Below, in pieces: positions 47,600-50,290 of a stretch of 50,290 nucleotides of DNA (position 1 is the first letter of the stretch; each line of letters begins with the position of its first letter). The position numbers and the translations under genes were made by a program. The DNA is from Octopus bimaculoides (taxonomy: Eukaryota), in NCBI RefSeq assembly GCF_001194135.2, contig NC_069004.1, positions 13,084,411 through 13,134,700 of the forward strand, in the 5' to 3' direction. The notes beneath the pieces are model-generated. The model saw only the letters and a program-made list of their open reading frames with translations. It was not told the origin of the DNA and did not search any database.

Positions 47600-48160
47600 C
47601 CTGCCTCTCTACTTCTCTGCCCATCTCACCTCATCCTTGTATATCTGTCTCTCTATCTCACACTCAATCCTTGAGTCTCAGTCTCTGCATTTCTCACTCA
47701 ATCCTTGTGGTGTCAGTCAATTCATTAGTCTGTCCATCTCATAATCAATCAATCTTTCTATCTCACAATGTATCCATGATCCGTCTTTCTTTCAATCCTT
47801 CTGTTTGTCAACGTTCATCTCACATTCGATCCTTCTGTAACATGCTGCCCATCTCTTACTCAGTCCAGTCCTTCAATCTGTCAATGTATCCGTCCATTTA
47901 TCAGTCAATCTTCACCAGTCTCTGTCCATCTCTCATTCAATCCTTCTGTCTGTCAATGCATCCCTTCATCTATCAGTCAATCTGTGTCTGTCCTGTCCTG
48001 TCCATCACTCACTCAATCCTTCTGTCTGTCAATGTATCCAACCATCTATCAGCTAATTTTCACCTGTCTCTGTCCATCTCTCATTTAATCCTTCTGTCTG
48101 TCAATATCCATCTCACATTCAATCCTATAACACACTGTCCATCTCTCACTCAGCCTTCCT
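47600..48160 (+). repeat. Degenerate pyrimidine-rich minisatellite (~70-75 bp period with ~35 bp subunits)
   Basis: Recurrent ctgtccatctctca(c/t)tcaatccttctgtctgtcaatg. Confidence 0.8.
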
Positions 48161-48409
48161 GTGAGATACCTTGGCTACCTCACAGCTAATCCTTATGTGT
48201 CAGTCAAAATATTTCATTCAACTGAGAATCAAGACTCAGGGAGGTGGAGGAGTAAAAGCATACAAACAAATAAATGATAAATAAAGAACATACAGAAAGC
48301 ATAAACTCAAACTTACATCTATCAAGAACCCTAAGATTCATAAAACCCATAAGACCAGAGCTTAACCAAGTTTCCATGGTGTATAAGTGATTAACATTAC
48401 AACCCCCAC

Positions 48410-48590
48410 CATCCAGAACAGGATGCTGGTCTGTCACAGGACTAACTTCGCTGCTATCTGGAACAGGAGCAATGTGAAATGAAATGTTTTGCTTGAGAAC
48501 ACAATGCATTACCTGGTCTGGAAATCGAAACCATGAGTTTACAATTGGGAGTGCAACACCCTAACCACTCAACTATGTGTGTCTTCACTT
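48410..48590 (-). mobile_element. SINE family C-related copy
   Basis: gagcaatgtgaaat.aa.tgttttgcttgag...ggaaatcgaaacc...ccctaaccact. Confidence 0.65.
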
Positions 48591-48624
48591 CTTAAAAAAG
48601 AATAGTCAAAGAAAAATCTGAATA

Positions 48625-48806
48625 TACGAGGAGGTGATGAAAGGATCCTGGCTTTCTGAGTTCTTTTCCAGGGCTTAGAAAAATTGAAGGACCACTGCAA
48701 TAAATGTGTGAATCTGAGAGGGGAATATGTTGAATAAATCATAACTAAGTGATCCTTCTGTATTTTCTTTTACCCAAAGTCAGGAAGTTTTCAACACCAC
48801 TTTGTA
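48625..48806 (+). mobile_element. Mariner-derived MITE (internally deleted)
   Basis: tacgaggaggtgatgaaagg... GLEKLKDHCNKCVNLRGEYVE* ...ggaagttttcaacaccactttgta. Confidence 0.8.
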
Positions 48807-49359
48807 TCTGACAGTAATTGCCTGCTCCATTAGCTCCAACGTCAGCTATCATAGAATCAAAGGCCAACAACATGGAAGGATGCAAAATTATAGATTCATC
48901 AAATATAGTGAGCACAAGCTACCCAAGTAAATCACTTTTTCCTACCTTGAGAATTTCCTCTCAATGTAGTGTCACCCTGTGAAGGATGTAGAAAATAGGA
49001 TTCTTGTTGGCCATGTTGCTTTTGGAGGACTATGCCACTTTGTCTTCAGAAACAAAAACTTAACCCATTACCTACCAGTGATCTCATATGAGATCACTTA
49101 ATTACAAATTTCGTAATTATCTGTCAATATTTACACATATCTAACCTTTTTGCTATATCTACTAGGTACATTTCTCTGATATTCAAATGAGGTTTGCTAA
49201 TTTTTCACCCAATATCTCGCTTATTTCTATTTTAAATGTTATTTTGAAATGTTATTTTGATCATTCCAGTGTGTTTCTAAGGCTGTTTTATGCTAGAAAT
49301 CAAAGTTTCATTAAAAAAATTCCAGTTAATAGAATTATGGGAGGTAATGGATTAAAACA

Positions 49360-49530
49360 CCACACAAAATTCAAATGTATCAAGCTATTGTTGTTTGAAC
49401 CTTATTCTACAGATGTGAAACATGGACTGTGTACAGTCAATACATCAAAGAACTTCAGCACTTTCACTAGTAGAAGCTTCAAACAATCATGAATATATAA
49501 CAGGAGCCCTATATCACCAAACTACCACAA
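49360..49530 (+). pseudogene. RTE (BovB-like) LINE fragment
   Basis: KIQMYQAIVV*TLFYRCETWTVYSQYIKELQHFH**KLQTIMNI. Confidence 0.75.
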
Positions 49531-49572
49531 GGTCCAGTGTTTGTTGCAGTGTGGTAGTTTGTGTGCCCTTAA

Positions 49573-49791
49573 ACCTTTTGATACCAACCTGCCTGAAGCC
49601 ACCCTTGGTTCTATGATACAAACCTCTGGTTTTAAAGTAATCAGAGTTAAAATCTTCCACTAAAATTTCAGGTTAATTTATGTTCCAAACACAGTTTAAT
49701 AATGACAGTCATTTGAGTAAATTTTTCATTATTTTAAAAATTAATTGAAACAAAGTTGGTATATTTCAGCAGAAATGTGGTAACGAAAGGG
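49573..49791 (+). mobile_element. Second piggyBac-type MITE family
   Basis: ttaa|accttttgatacc ... ggtaacgaaaggg|ttaa. Confidence 0.7.
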
Positions 49792-50233
49792 TTAATGACC
49801 CTCAGAGCTATGCCAGTGGAGTACAAGCTCTTTGTAGAACCTCTATGATGGACATGTCAAAGGCAGACTAATATGGGCCATTTCTTTCCAGAGTTAAAAT
49901 GGGTTTGCATAGGACCAACACACTGATGTAGAAAGATACAAAGACACTTGGAAATGGGGAATAACCAATAAGAATGACAATGGCTAGCATGGGACAAAAG
50001 ACAACGTTAAAACTAATAACGATTATAACAATAACTGTTACCACTGGCTGTCATATTGCATTCCGTGGACTCTATCACTGCATGTTGGGGCGGTGCCAAT
50101 ATAGTTCCTCATTTGCGCTGCACTTAGTTGTTTGGTTGACTAACTGCTCACCAGCCAGAGCTGACCCGGGGCTACAGAGGCAACAACTTCGAATTGACAA
50201 ATAATTATAACATCTGCTAGTGAAACACAGTTC

Positions 50234-50234
<1 letters not shown>

Positions 50235-50290
<56 letters not shown>
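50235..50290. repeat. (TA)n microsatellite
   Basis: Direct inspection. Confidence 0.95.

Overview
This is AT-rich, repeat-dense animal genomic DNA with six N gaps and many (TA)n, (CA)n, (ATT)n and (ATC)n tracts. I recognise the repeat landscape from memory as octopus-like; this is an inference, not a search result. No long intact protein-coding ORF is present, and nearly all ORF-track entries are microsatellite, SINE or N-gap artefacts. The only clear protein homologies are decayed retroelements: a minus-strand Penelope-like element (RT, Cys linker, GIY-YIG) at ~150-1830, a second Penelope-like fragment, and several RTE-clade LINE fragments. The rest is three tRNA-derived SINE families, hAT, mariner and piggyBac-type MITEs, local duplications, and a few weak exon or promoter candidates, including a CpG-rich promoter with an RFX X-box-like site at ~13.8 kb. 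The most notable signal is a set of minimal hammerhead-ribozyme (HHR) motifs from several different sequence families. Several of them sit as short head-to-head inverted pairs (19030-19269, 25393-25627, and more weakly 8972-9110 and 22160-22265). One lies inside a Pol III tRNA-headed element (28505-28848), and one remnant lies in a 341-bp direct-repeat unit. Together they suggest a family of tiny non-autonomous ribozyme-bearing elements mobilised by Penelope-like machinery. Most copies look mutationally inactivated.
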